A stretch of 63,957 nucleotides of DNA, counting the filler, from Reticulomyxa filosa (taxonomy: Eukaryota > Protista > Foraminifera): NCBI GenBank assembly GCA_000512085.1. It is 15 parts of 15 records of this genome, joined end to end, with 100 filler letters (N's around TTAATTAATTAA, not from the genome) between each part and the next. Parts side by side here need not be neighbours in the genome. Positions count along the whole stretch, not along the records: positions 1 to 22,740 come from ASPP01010330.1; 14 more parts are not named here. One strand, 5' to 3'. Shown one piece after another: positions 1 through 14,616 of the stretch; the stretch's first letter is position 1; each line of letters begins with the position of its first letter. The position numbers and the translations under genes were made by a program. Under the pieces are notes generated by a model that saw only the letters and a program-made list of their open reading frames with translations, did not search any database and was not told the origin of the DNA.

Positions 1-16
1 AAAAAAAAAAATTTTG

Positions 17-48
<32 letters not shown>

Positions 49-3000
49 TTTTATTAATTGCCTCACCTGTAACATAGCATAATGATTGTCTTGGTTTGCA
101 TTTTTCCAGAGGCGTCCTTCACACTCTTGGAATACGTGGATAGCGCTTTTTCGATCAGGTATTGACCATGGGCGTGATGCATAAGCATGTCCTGGTCCAA
201 TAATGGATCACATGCAATTACCAATACATTTGAAATGAAAGTAGATTGACAACGCAAGAAATCACACACATAGCCAAAGAAATCGCTTTCTTTCAAAAAA
301 TCGCGCATATCTTTAAATCGCACTTCAGTCGTTCGATCCTCGGTAAATACCCTATCATGTTTTTCCTGCAGCTCGTCTTTCGTCATTGGGACATATTTGC
401 TTTGATACAAAGCGTGTTCTCTGGTTATCACATAATCTCGATGGTCCGTTTTAAGCACACAAGTATCAACAAATTGAAAGTCATGTGTGATCACTTTCAT
501 TAACACGTGAGTATTGGTCTGGTTTGCTCCTTCCCTCTCCAAAACATCCAGCTATTGTGTTTTTGTTTGTTCAACAAGTCTACATTGATTTTTTTTATTT
601 GGAAAAAAAAAAAAGTCCTTAACAATGTCAGCGTACGGCACAAAATTCGTTTTTTGTCTTCTGTTATTAATGAAATACTCCAAATTGGTGTTTTGATACA
701 ACATGTGAATACAGTTCTCACAAGACTGCTGGATATTCAAATCTGATATACTTCCAGCTACAGGTTCCATTTTTTTAGATGTATTTTCATTCAACAGCAA
801 ACTAATATAAGTATAGCGTTCAAATCCAACAAATGGAATGTCTTTCAATTTTCCACCGTCGGAAAAGTTTTCTTTGATCATCTCTTGCAATTTGTCCCAT
901 TTCGGCTTCCATGATTTGTCCAAACTAGATTTTTCCAACAAATCGGGGTCCAAAAGGAACTTTTCAAATCGGCTCAAAAATGCAACTGGAGTATGAAGTT
1001 TCGCATCTTTGGCCTGTTTGCAAGTGCATCAACATTTATGTGCAGTTGTTGTTTTTTCAAAAAAAAACCCCCTTTTCTATCTTCTATGTCTATCTAAACT
1101 TCATGATGTGCCTCGGATTTGGAAACCACTACAACACACCGAAATGTCTTTGCGATTCGACAACGGATAGATTCACCTCCAACACAAATTCGGCAAAACC
1201 TGTCCAACAAACGAGATTACACTTTATATAATATGTACTATACATATTATGTATGTACATATATTTATTTATGTATTTATTTACTCAACATTTGATTATC
1301 AATGGTCTCATATCTCTGATTAAGGACGTCATACAAAGAGTCATACAACTGATCCAATTGCAAGAGTATGCATAACCTCCCATTTTTCATGGAATTGCGG
1401 ACATGCTCGATGGTTTGGTGTAAATACATATTTGATCTTTGATCTTCCAGAAATCGACTTCCAAAAATAACATCGGTCGAGTCCATAGTGGCAATGCCAC
1501 TATCCAACAAAATTTTCCACATAGTTGGAAACTCGGTAATCAACATAATGTTTCGCATGCACGGACTATTTGGTTCTTTGATCTGTTCGATGTTGTTTCG
1601 AATCAAATGCAATGACGAAAACTCGGAAGTCGTCGGAATCTTTAAATGTTTCGAAATTTTCGGAAACAAGAAGGTCTCCGTTTGTTGTTTTGTCAATCCG
1701 CCAAAGTTTCTTAAAACGCCTTCCAACAATTGCGAGGACACACGACGAGATTTTTGAATGATGAAAATCAAATAACTGACCAAAGAATAGAAATCACGAC
1801 AGCCATAGAATGAGAAAGAAAAGGGCGAGGGTGTGTCTTCGCTTACGAGCTCTTGAAACAGCGATGCAATTTTGGGAACAAAGTCGAGCACTTGCTGTTG
1901 CAATGCGTCCTCCTCACTTCCTTCCCAACGTTCTTTCATTATCGCATCCGCGGTTTTCACCAGCTCTACTTCGTCAGGTTCCACCGCCCGATGCAACACC
2001 ACTCGATTCATTTTTGCAGCGTCTAATTTCCAGTTGCTTTTGTTTTTGCATTTCATGTGGTGTATGTATACGTAATGTAGATGTTTTGCAAATAATACGA
2101 ATACATTAGTTTTTTTTTTTTCTTAAAAAAAAAAAAAAAGACAAAAAAAAAACCTGAGGCCTATAAATGCAATTTCATTGGATTGATCTTCCAGTAATTT
2201 ATGCAACACCTTGAGTGGTCGGTACGGACTCCATTCTGCCAATGCAACTTCATCCAGCCAGAATACGACATTTATCTTTACCTTTGACTTTAGACTTTTT
2301 CATACAATTTCAATTTTTTCTTTTGTTGTGTCTTCGTGTTCAAACGAGAAAAGAGAGAAAGAGAGAAAGAAAGAAGAGAATAGAGGAAAGACAAACAAAA
2401 ATAAACCAAAGAAATTACCAAACTTGACGTCGTTTTTGTAGTCAACTGCTTTTTTCCATTGCTTTTGCAGGAGCTCGGGAGTTGTAAGCTTGGAACACTG
2501 GAAGGAAATGACATAAAAGTTATCAAAGCCTAATTCCGTGAGTTTGGGATTTTTTGTGGAGGGAGACAAGTTGCTTTGAACCACATTCATGGCCAACGTT
2601 TTCGAAGTGCCTGGCTTGCCGACAATAATTGTTGGCGTGTTTGTTGCTAACCCCACTAACATTACAAATAAATTTTCGCAAAAGGCGCGGTTATGCGCAA
2701 TTCCGGGAGGAGTATTCAGAACACTTGTATATCTGTTTCACAGGATCCGTTCTCTTTTCAGATATTTTTTTTTTTTCCTTCCCCCCTACCCCTCTCTCTC
2801 TTCCAAACAAACAGATTCTTCTTTTTTTTAAAAAAAAAAAGAAATGAACCTTCTTTTTTCAGTTTCAATCACTTTGGCAAAAGATTCTTGAAGGGAAGAC
2901 TTGGCAAGATGGTCATCTACGAGAGCGGTATACTTGATTCGATTATTATGAGTAAGTCGATAGTAATAGCAATGTGCCAACGATAATAAAATGGCTTGGA

Positions 3001-6000
3001 CAATGCAGTAGCTGCCATTGAATTCACTTCGGTTTTTGAAAAACCACAAGAATAGTGTATTAGCACGACGTACATCACGTAGTGAGCAGACGCTTCGATC
3101 CTTCAATATTTCTCTGTGATTCATACACACACACACATATATACATACATATGTAAATATACAATTATTACCGCATTGTCAAGCAACCTTACCTAACAAG
3201 TTTTTGCGATTTGGATATTAGTGCAATGAAAACAAGTTTTAAAGTGGTTACGTCTTCAATTGATATTTCTTTTTTGGTGACTGCTTTTGTGAAATTTTCA
3301 TTTGACCTTTTGTATGCACGTTAGCGGATGCATGTTTATAGATTTTCAATGTAAAGAGAGAGAGAGGGGGGAGGGAGGGAGTGATTTTGTGACATACCAA
3401 GTGGTGGTGGTCATAACAGCAATGTATTGCTGTTCATCCGTTTCAGCTAATGAACCAAAGTTCCATACATATGTCTGCAAAGATCTGGGTAATGGAAAGA
3501 CTCGATAGGCCAATCCTGCCATTTCCTTTTCCAAAGTGTTCAAAAAATGTCTCGGTACGTTTCTCGCTTCGTTCTTTTCCTCCTCTCGTTCTTCCTCGGT
3601 TTGGTGGCGAGATCGATACGGATTTAATGCGGCAATGATGACCATATTGCTAGGAAACTCGTCGCCTTTTAGGCTGTGATCACATACCACCTCTTTGAAC
3701 GCCCCAATTTCCGGAGACGTGTTAATTTCATCCAAAAATACTAATTGTGTCTTTTCTGGATGTTCGCGGGCTTCCTTCGAGGGCTGTTTCAAATCCTGCT
3801 GCAAATTTTCCACTGTGTATCCACCATGCACATCAATTGTGGTCATGTTGATATCTAATGCACTGGCCATGAATTCCAATAACTTCGTTTTTCCGCAGAC
3901 CCTTTTTTTTTTTTTTTTTTTTTTTAAAAAAAAAAGCTATTCGTGTGTATTTCATATACATATTTGTATGATATATGTAGAAAAGAGAAGCCTGCTTTCT
4001 TAACTGTTTCGCCCATAATAAGGACGGGAATGCCTGCTTTGATTCGAAAAAAGATTGCCACGATTTTTAAGATGTTATCAAATGTAAGAGCATAATTGCT
4101 GTGCCTTTTCAATAAATTCTCTACTTCTCTTTGTCTCACTTGTGGACTACAGTTGTTTTTTTTTTAAAAAAAATGCGGTGTTGTGATGTTTGCATACTTT
4201 TAATTCTCTTTTTTTTAACGCAAACAAACAGTAATGACTCTCATGTTGTGTGCATATGTATATATGGTGTGTATTGTAATAAACTCAGCCGATTTAAAGC
4301 CGCCACAAATATCCAGCAGCAACCGCAATTTCTTAAATTGATCATCCTGATTTTCATGATAGACTCCCTGCAATTGGACCATGGCTTCTTTTTTGTTCAC
4401 GTCTTCTTCAAAATTATGTAAGTCCCAGTGGTATATGCTACGAAGCAAACGCCATTCCTTGGCGTGAGCATGTTTATTCTTGTCCAAGTTCATTGCGAGC
4501 AGGGATAAGGTTTGGTCACTCGTAATTTTCAGATCATCTTCAATAGGTTTATCCCATTGGATTTGTCCTTTTGATTGTATTTTTCCATTATTTTTTTATT
4601 CCACGCACGCACACACACAGACAAAAAGGTGTTTTTTTTTTTGTTTTTTTTTTTTTACGGTATTTGATTATGTTGTGTGAAAGAGAAAGAGAAAAAGAAA
4701 AAAGCAGCATACCGATGCAGAGATAGAGCTTTGATTTAATAACACCATTGGAGGATCAGCTTCTCTCCATGCTTTGACTAAAAAGAATTCTTCAGTTCCA
4801 GAGGACTCCTCAATGGTTTTGCTCTCTTTGCTCTCGGTTGCAATATCGTGCATATGGCAAGCAATTTGTTGACCTGATTTGACCAGGGACGACACGATCA
4901 TAGAATGCAATTGTATTACATGATCAAATTCGGTTTGCGGCACATTAATATTCTTAATGTAAATAAAATTGTATACTTGGAGCAGTTGTCGATACATAAA
5001 TTGCAAAAAGGACTTCACTTGTACCAACGATCCTTTGACTGTCTCATTCAATCAAACATTTAATTACAATTGTGTACGTAAGATATGTAATGTTTCAATT
5101 ATCAGTCAATCAATCAATCATTTTTTTTTTTGTGAAAGTATATGCACACCTCTGGACGCATATTTATTCAATAGCTCCCACATTCGTGCGCTGTCGGCGT
5201 CGGGGTGGGTGATATAATTCCAGTCTTCTTTTTCTTCTGCGTTGACGAGATCACCCTTGTCAAGTGCATCCAAGTACTTGAACACAAACTTTTCTTTTTC
5301 CTTCAAAGTTAGCTTGTTTTGAAATGATTTCGGATAAATCGGACGAGTTGTACCGACGTCATCGTATATCTCAAGAAAAGAGATGGCCGCGTCATTAATG
5401 CGATCTCCAAAAAAGCCAAACCATTTCAAAACGTCGCTCAAGCGTGTTGGTTCGTGGGTATTGGACAATTGCGTTGGCAATTCCACTAAAAACGCGTGAT
5501 TTTTACGCACCGTGAAGCATTCTCCGTTTTCTTTGCTCAAATGTCGTAATATTAGCAATTGAAACATTAGTGCATTTACATCCTTTCCAGCTTGGCTTGA
5601 TATATTGATATGATACACCTATATGTATGTATATACGTACGTCGTCGTTGTCATTAATGCAATACGTTTTTTTTTTGTTTTTTTTTTTTTAAAAAAAAAA
5701 AAAAAAAGGGGTTACCAGTGGCTCATCTGTTGCTGGAACATTACAAAAACGATCAACCAAAAAATTGATATCCACAGTACATGTGTTGATAGGTACGTGT
5801 ACAAAGTGTCCCTTCTTTAAATTCAATTTGTGGACCATTTGGTTAATAACATAGGATTTGCCAACACATTCGTTCTGAGATAAAAACACTTGAACAAAGG
5901 GAGTGGTGTTTGTTTGGTTTTGGAAGGCCTCCCAATTGCTGGATAGCATTTTTTGATAAAATTGTCTACTTTCATCTTGACGCAGTGCCAATGGGTCGTT

Positions 6001-9000
6001 GTCCCGATACACGTGAAAGCCCTGCGCAATCACCGACTGACTCTCCACACAGATGATTCGCAGCAGATAGTCCATCTTATTCTTCAACTGTCGTCTCAAC
6101 ATATTCACGAATTCACATTGGACACTATAGGAAAGTAACTCTGGCAGCACTAAACAATGCAAGCAAGGATCGACTCCAGTGTCCGCAAGACATCGCAGCA
6201 TAAAGCACTCCAACTGCTCAATGGTCGTCGATTGGTCACAGAACAGCACTCGGCAGGCCGTTGGTGTTTGTCCCTCCATCAGATATAGCTTGAGAACGTG
6301 CGACAATACTTGCGTCTCTTGGCAAATGTGCAAATAAGGCTTCCCTTTGCGAAGAGGCGATCGAGGGGATTCATAAGGAAGATTCAGCGATTTTACTAAA
6401 TACGATGCAAATGAATCCTGCAAGAATCTTCCTAATCGATCCAACAGGCCTTCTTCGGAGTCTCCTTTCCACGCCCTTTTTTTTTTTTTTTTTTGTTGTC
6501 CCCAAGCAATATACCACAAAGATGATAATAGATTTTTTTTTTGGTATGAATACACGTATATATTAAAGTCAGACCTTTTGTAAAGCGTTCTTTGTGGCTT
6601 CGATTGTAATGTTCGGATCGATAAACGAAATTTTGGAGGCGACAGTAGCAATAAGGCCAGAGTTATTGTCGTTGATACATCGTCCTAAGTTTTCACAGAG
6701 GAAGCGCATATCTTTGACAGTGTAAAATGACAAAACGGAGAATTGTGTCCGAAGCTATAAGAAAAAACAAAATCAATCTTTTTTTCCCACTCTTTCTTTT
6801 TTTTTTTTTTTAAAAAAAAAAAGTCGTTACATTTTTGATAGTATCTTTCCATTTTTTCAATTGGTCGTCCCATGCTTGTTCAATGTTCGCAAAGAATCTG
6901 ATTGATTGATCGAAACTGATCTCTTTGTCCGACTCCAAATGTGTCTTTCCTCCCAAGTCATAGTATTGCAGTCTCTTCATTGCGATACTTTTGCACTTTT
7001 CAAATTTGGGAACAAAGTCGTATTTCACCTAATAGACAATGTTTCAACAACAATCACGGAGATATGTTCAAGTACATTTGCAACGACAACAACAACAAAA
7101 CAAACTTTTTCTTTCAACACTTCAAATTGAATGATTTTATTCACGAGTTGATCCGATTCTTCACTCAAGGACGAAGACCTCAGTAACGTTTGCCCGGTAT
7201 AATTATTTCGCTTAATCACGTTGAGTACCTTGCTTAGGGCACCTAAACTAATTTTCGCAAACTGCTTTTCATGAGATTGAAACAATTGCTCGAGATCTTG
7301 TGAGGTCATTGTGCTGATGCCTTGTTGTAGCGGTAGCTCTTCGCCGTCTTCGCTGCCTGTCAGAGACATTAACAGTCGATCTATCAACTGTTCCACCTCT
7401 GTTTGTTTCAATGTGGTTGGCACTTCGAATTGCTGCTCCATCATTTTGCTCTCCTTATTTGAATCAATGGTTCCCACTGTCAAATAATTTTCTCGCTCCA
7501 AACTTTTTTTCATCTCCGAAATTGACCTTTTTGAGCAATGTTTCATACATTACAAAAAAAAAAAAAAAAAAACAGATTGAATCTCAATGTAATCATAATA
7601 TATTCAATATATGCAAAAAAAAAAAAAAAAAAAAAACAATGAAAGTTTTACATGTCCTATTTTGTAAAGTAAATTTTTATCTTGTTGGAATAACCACCCT
7701 TGCGGATCGGTGACATCACTTAGAATGGATTTGTGCGATTGTAAAACGATCGAAAATGATTCCAGTGTTTCTTTGTGAACGTCTGCAGCAAATTTTTCCA
7801 AATACCTTTGCACTTCACTAATCGTTTTGAACTTACGCTTCAACATGTCCACCAAAAAGGTGCGAACCTCACGTAAACTGCTAGCACGTGAGTGCAAATA
7901 TTGGTCGTTTTCCGCAAATGCTTGCATGTGGTGTTCAAATTTTTCGTCAGTCGGAAATGTACTTAAACATTCCTTGAAAAAATTACGATTACCTGCGATC
8001 AAGTGCAGCCAATCCATTCCGGTGCTTGATGTTCTGGGCATCTTCCTTTTTTTAACAGACAAAGACTTTACTTAAAAAAAGAAAAATGTGTTGATATTCA
8101 TCAAGAGGGGAAAAAACTTGTTATTGTTCCAAAAGGCTAAAATATCTTTCATGGGCATTGAATCAAAGGATATCAATAATTTTTTATTCTCTTGCCATTC
8201 TTTGTCTTCCCAGTTCATTGAATACTTTTGCTCGTCTTTGTGGAAAAGCGAACTCAAGACAGTGGCTGAATCTCTAAGCAATTGCAGGGCCTCTCTACAA
8301 TTAAAACAGTGAAAAACTTCTCTCAAATCATTTGCAATTGTCTCATACTTTTTGAAATCGTTTTTAGTCATTGGGAACAATAACACATTGAACATCATAA
8401 ATTGAGCCCAATTCTCTAAGTTTGGTGAGATGTCACACGCATTAATAATTCTTCGAAACGAAATGTTACTGCCCAGTGCCGGGCTTGATCTAGCCTCATT
8501 GCAAACAAGTTCCACTTCACTCTTGCAAGCACAAATGAAATTGACAATACTTAATATTCCACTTCCATCCATTAAGTCAGGCATGCCAAAATTGAGTTCT
8601 GTTTGAATGGTGTGCATCAAATTTGTTTCATTGTTTTTTGCATCTTTTGACTCAAATTTCGAAAGTGTCATTTTTTGCAACTTTTTTATTTCATCTTCTG
8701 TCAAGCGAAGCGTTTCCATACTGCAAGTGTAAGGTTTATACAAAAGTCGAATTTGTGTTTTTATTTGACCGGTCGACATTGATCGAAGAAATCCAAAATT
8801 GGCATTGATCTGCTCACCAGGAATTGTTTTTTGGGACAATGCGTTATATGTTGATTGCCATTGAAACTTGAGTTTGCCGAGCATTTCTGTAATTTTATGA
8901 ATTGAAAATGTTCGGTGACTTGGTGGATAATTCCTCAATAAATCGAAATACGCTTCTTTCTATAAAAAACAAAAACAAAAAAAATGCTAAGTGTAATACG

Positions 9001-12000
9001 AAAAAAAAACATTGTTTTTGTTTTCTTTTTTTTTAAAACTCGTTTTTGAATTAAATCCCACAAATGATAAGTGATAGATTTGGCTTCATCAGGAATTTTG
9101 TCAAGAGGTTGATGAGGATACAAAGAAGTCAATAACTTTTCTTTACTGTCTTCCCAGCGCACAGTAATTTCTTGTTCGACCCATGTGTGAATATATTTTT
9201 CGAAATCAAATTTTGAATGATGGGCAAGCAACTCTTTTTCATTTTCGCGAATCCATGCACACAATTGATAGGTATTCATCTCCGCGACAGGTAACAGCTT
9301 CCATTGGGCTTCTTCCTTTGCTACTAATGCTCTCCACATGGACATGGAAATTTCTGACTGTGAAATCTTCGCAAAAGCATCCAAAATTTTCTTTACCTTC
9401 TCGACAGATCTCCAGTCAAATTGAAGTGCTGTTTTCAATGTCCATTCCGACCACTTTTCCAGTTGTTTTTTTTGTTCTTCCAGCTCATTGAGCTCATCGC
9501 CAAACCATTGTTTGTTGATATTGCAATATTCAAAAAATTTGTCAAGTTCGTTTTTGTACTGGTTACCAATCGTGAATTTTGTGAGAATGTGATCCAAGTC
9601 TGTTTTTTTCACGAAATATGCGTTATTGCCAATTTTATCTTGAAGAATTAGTAATTTCGACCATTTTTGTTTCTCTACCAATTCTATCATTGTCGGCACA
9701 TCAATGGTTTGTTCAAGAATCGACCCGGACAATTGCGCAAACCATGAGCAATAGTTGTCTAATATTTCCAAGCATTGTAAAGCGTTTGATTTTATCTTGG
9801 CTTTCAATTCGATCAACAGACTGTTATTCACATGCACACAGATGTACGGATAACAAAAAAAAAAAAAAAAAAAAAAAGAACTATGGCATCTTTGTTTTCT
9901 CTCTCTCTCTCCATCCTAACTTGATTAATTGTCCCCCTTCTGCAGAAGAGAAATAGCAAATGATTTTGTCCCAATGTTTGGAGTTGAAAGGTTTAAACCC
10001 TTCCAACAGTCGGTCCATCATTTGACATGTGATCGTTCTTTGCGACTCAATGTCTACCCATCCGTGGACCACTTTCACACATTCACATCGGTCTTTTTTG
10101 TCCAAATGATTTGTATTTTCACCAAAGAATTCCTTTGTCCATTTAAACTTGATCAAGCCTACCAGTTGCTTTTTGACTGTATGTGTGGTGTGCAAAAAAA
10201 AAAAAAAAGTTTGCTTCAAGTCAGTGGAACAAGTAAAAAAAAATAAAAATAAAAAAATAAAAACTTACATGATATGTCGACTTGATCTTTGGACAGCACT
10301 TCCAAGAGTTTGCGAAATGTCGGATCGTTTTTGTGTTCGGATTGTTTGTAAACAGTTTGGAAAGTACTCCAATCCAAGGAAAACTCAATGATACGTTCGA
10401 TACATTCTATTACACCATTCTCTTGACGTAGCCATGCGTTGAATACCTTGGTCAAATGTTCAACTTGATTGTTGTCATTATTGCGCAGCTATTTTAACGA
10501 AAAAGTGCATATATGTGTATATTTGCATATACGTATATGTTTCACATATGTTGGCAATAAAGAAAACAGCACAAGTGAGATAACTTGGAGCAGGTGTAGA
10601 TAATAAGGAACAAATCGCTTTTCACGCAATAAAAGCGGATTGCCCATGACTTCATGACAAGATTGGTCGTTTTTGCACAATTCGGGAAATTCGCGCAATA
10701 GTTGAAACAAGAGATCAGCTTGTTCGGGCGTTCGCACGTTTGGTATCCACGAGTTCATGAAACATGCCAAAGGGACAAAGGATTTGGAGGGTTTATGCTT
10801 GGTGGACATGGTGCTAATGAAGACATGAATTAAATCTACTCCATGTTTGCATTTCATTCGATTTCCAAAAGACTCCAATTTCGTTCGATGAATATTTATA
10901 AAATCTTCCAACTGTGGTCCGCAATTTGGAACGTGTTTTTCCATTAGTTTCAACACTAAGAAATAATTGTTCATTTGTGTATTTATTTGAATTGGAAAAT
11001 GTAAGCAATGTTCAAAACAAAAAGGAATACAATATAAACATATACATATAAATATGTGTATTACCTTTGATAGCCAGATCAACTTCATCAGTGACAAATG
11101 AAAATAAAGTCAGTAAAAGCATTTCCTCGGAGGGAAATATACGAGTGTAAGAGTGATAAAAGCGCATTTCCATTTCGATCATGGCGAGTATTTCATTTTC
11201 AGAACTGAGCTGACCCAAATTCTTTGTCATATCGATCACGTGTGCGTCTTTGTCGACATGAGCCTGGACAGAGGAAAGCAGGTTGTACCACAATAAGTAC
11301 TTGAACTTGTCGCAGCCCTTGCTGGACTTTACCCTCTCATGCAAAGACTGTTGCAAATCGGCGGAAGAAGAGCCGATCATTTCCGTCAGCCGTGTGGTTA
11401 CGGCCTTTGATTCAAGCATCGTTTGTTTGATTGTAAGTGCACAACACATAATTATTAAATGAACGAGAAAAGGGAGAAAAAAAAAAAAAAAAAAAACTAA
11501 CTTTGAAATTGCCAACGTTGTCATTACAAATGAGTTTGTAACATGGACTCAATGTGTCCGAAAGCACGTTGGTGTCTTTGACATGGGACAACAGCAAGGC
11601 AATAGAGAAGATGACCGATTGAATTTGTTCCCAGAACACGTCTGGATCAGAACTAACCTGATTCAATACACTGTACAGATTTGTAGAGCAAGATTGAAGA
11701 ATGCAGTCTTTCCAGTTGCCACTTGATTGAGAGAATCTGTCGGAACAATATTTGACATAGCACTTGACAATCTTGAGAGCCAATGGCAGCGAAATGGTCT
11801 TGCACAGATTGGAATGCAGGTTTTTCAAGAGATGTTGCAAGTATGCTTTGGCCACTTCTACATTGGGGATGCTGTGATCGGAAGCGACCACGATCTTAAC
11901 TATGCACTGGCTCGGCAAAACGGAGGAAATAGCGACAGGCTGTTGGCAGGGCTTAATTAGAATGGGCGTTTTCATCGCGACATTAGAGATGTCACATTGA

Positions 12001-14287
12001 CACAAATACAACTTGTTGTCCCATTTCGTGCATTCAAATGGAATGGACTTGTTGTTTTCCAAAAGATCAATCTCTTGTTCATTGTTGGCACCAATGAACA
12101 TAATTGTAAGCATGTTTGTCTCTTCCTCGAATGTGCGCTCCAAAGTATGGAGGTTGCAGCAGTGGCGACTGTCTTCACCACACCATTGGAAAGCTCTCCG
12201 TGGGCTTTGAACGATAGTTTTGACTTTGCCATTGACACACTGTTCGCACACACAATGTGGAGTTACTGTTCTTTTTTGTCAACAGGTGCTTGACTGCCGA
12301 TGACACTGGCATCCATGTCGACCCGATCTGAACTTCGTAACTGATTTCACCCAAACTTTGAAACGGCGATCTCCAACACACCCAAGTCATTGGAGTGGTG
12401 GGACTTGTGCTGTCATCGAAAATGCACACAAACGAGGGTGGCGATGGCATCGTCTGTGTTCCGAACGTCTTCGCTTGTTCCGCGGAAAGCACCTGGAACA
12501 TCACCGGAGGACTCTCCTTCGTTATTTCGTTCGTCGCCTTGTTCTTTGCGCTCACTGTTACGAGGTAGTCACTGCCTGGGTGCAATTTCAATTGCGCTGA
12601 GTGTGTATCGATGGCTTTCGCAATTATCCTGCCTTTGTTGTGGTAGTATTCGCGAATTCCATACACGATTTGGACTGCATTTTTTTCATTACCAGATGAC
12701 GCAAACACCGCAGGTTCCCATTCCAAGTAAACATTGTTTTCGATCAGTTTGGTCACATGGGCAAACAGTGGTTGTCGTGGAATTGATATTGATTGAAACA
12801 AATCTATTTACACACATATGTATATATATATATGTATACATATATGTATGAGTATATTTTATTTACACAGTTAATCAACAAAAAAAAAAAAAAAAAAAAA
12901 AAAAAAGTGACCTTGAGTAGTTTTCAGAGTCGTCACTCGAAGTGGTGGTGTCCATGGTATTAAGTCTTTCACAACGGTCTTGTCAATACAAATTCGCAAA
13001 GTGATTTCGTAGACGGTGTTGGCGTGCAATTTTGTGATAAAATAAAACCTTTTGTCACTAGGAATGTCTATTTCGCTCCGCACCGTCTCTGATTCCGTTT
13101 CACGTCTTCCACATCGGTCGCGTCTTTCCACACGATACGAAGCAAAATTTCCATGATGATTTTTCGTTGAGTCTGTTCACAAAGCTTTCAATCTTCTTTA
13201 ACACAAAATGTTCCACACTCCAACTAATGCCAATGCGAGTTGTATCGATTGAGACGATTTTGAGTTTCGTTGGAGTTATAGTTACTTTTATTATTATTAA
13301 ATTGTGCGAGGAGTGTAAGCAATCATATACATATATATACATATATATAATTGATTTGGTCAAAAACTTATTCTTTTAATCATAAAACTATAAAATCACT
13401 ATCCCATTGCTTGATGCGTCACTTTCGTCATCGCTATTAAACATTTCTTCCTGCAATCCATCGGTGTCCATCACGTCCACATCATTCGAGCACTCTTGCA
13501 ACTGTTTGCTGGCCTCTTTGAATGACACCGGTTTCCATTTCAAATTGGGAGAATAGTTATTGCGCAAAATGTGCGGGACGTCATTTGCAAACTCGAGTTT
13601 TATTCTTTCCATTAATTGATCGTAGTCCAATGTCTTCATGCGGATATCTTTGAATCTGCATTCACTTTTCGTTGTCTTGGTTCCATCATCCACAAACACG
13701 CGTATTGTCTGGTATGTTTTGTCCACTGTTTCATTTTTATTTGTTTATTTATTTGTAATTTATTCATGACCTTTCATTGTCTTCATTTCAAAAGATTATT
13801 TACGAAAAGTATATTCTACAAATCACTCCAAATCTTGCTACCCTCTTTTTTTTTTTTTTTTTTTTTAAATCCAACCTATCTTTTTAACCAACAGATGAAG
13901 CGTTTCTTCATTGTCCATAAACTCAATTTGCAAATCTTCGTCGTTCCCGATATCGTTTGCCTCGCCGTACGTGACGAGTTTCCATTGCACTCCGGACGAG
14001 TCGTCATTGTTCATGATATTTGGAAACTTCTGACTCAATTGTCCTTGAATACTTGATATTAACTCACTATAGTTCCGACTTTTTAACACAATATCCGTAG
14101 CGTAGTATTCTTCCTTTCTTTTTGTTCCATCATCCACATGCACTCGCACAGTTACGCCGTCACTTCCTTCATTTTTAGTTTTTTCAGTGTTTTGCTTTTT
14201 TGAGATTATCGATCTTTATATTGCGTTTAAAGTTTACGTGGAAAGTAAAGAGAGAATAATACCTGGCTCAATTTCAGCGGACGACAT
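1..14287 (-). CDS. RNF213/mysterin-like giant multi-AAA+ ATPase, many exons, 3' end runs off the window; N-terminal pair of PB1/ubiquitin-like domains followed by FN3-like domains. Start is uncertain (~14150-14290).
   Basis: Exon translations carry RNF213-type motifs in the expected order: LIMGET/CGKT Walker A split by an intron (~4010/3890), FLDEINT, IAALNPYR, YRVFPLP, CSLRDVRR, GKPGTSKT, FWLDEVGLAEWSPYRPLKVLHKLLED (~2190-2270), SNWKLDAAKMNR, FYGCRDFYSL, LRNFGG, IFGSRF, LYDSLYDVLNQRY. FN3-like patterns at 12175-13363 (LEWEP..., LHPGSDYLVTVSAKN, LHANTVYEITLR). Confidence 0.85.
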
Positions 14288-14616
14288 TACAGATTTTGGA
14301 GTTAAATCTACTTTCTCCCCCTGCTTTTCTCACTACAAGAAAGAGTTTGTCAAGTTTTAACGATCACTCTACCCTAAAGCAAAGCAGTGCAGTTAGGAAA
14401 AAAAGAGGAATTGAAAAAAATAATGTCTCATTTGGAAACGCCCGAAACCGTGTTCTTTTCCTGTCTTCAATTTCTAAATAGCAGACGAAATGACCAACCT
14501 ACGTACAGAAATGCAATGAATATGATTCATAAAAAAATTTGAAGCACTTTTGTTGTACAAACAAAAAAAACAGTAGGAGGGTTTAAAAGATTTTTTAAAA
14601 AAAGTTCTTGAATAAG

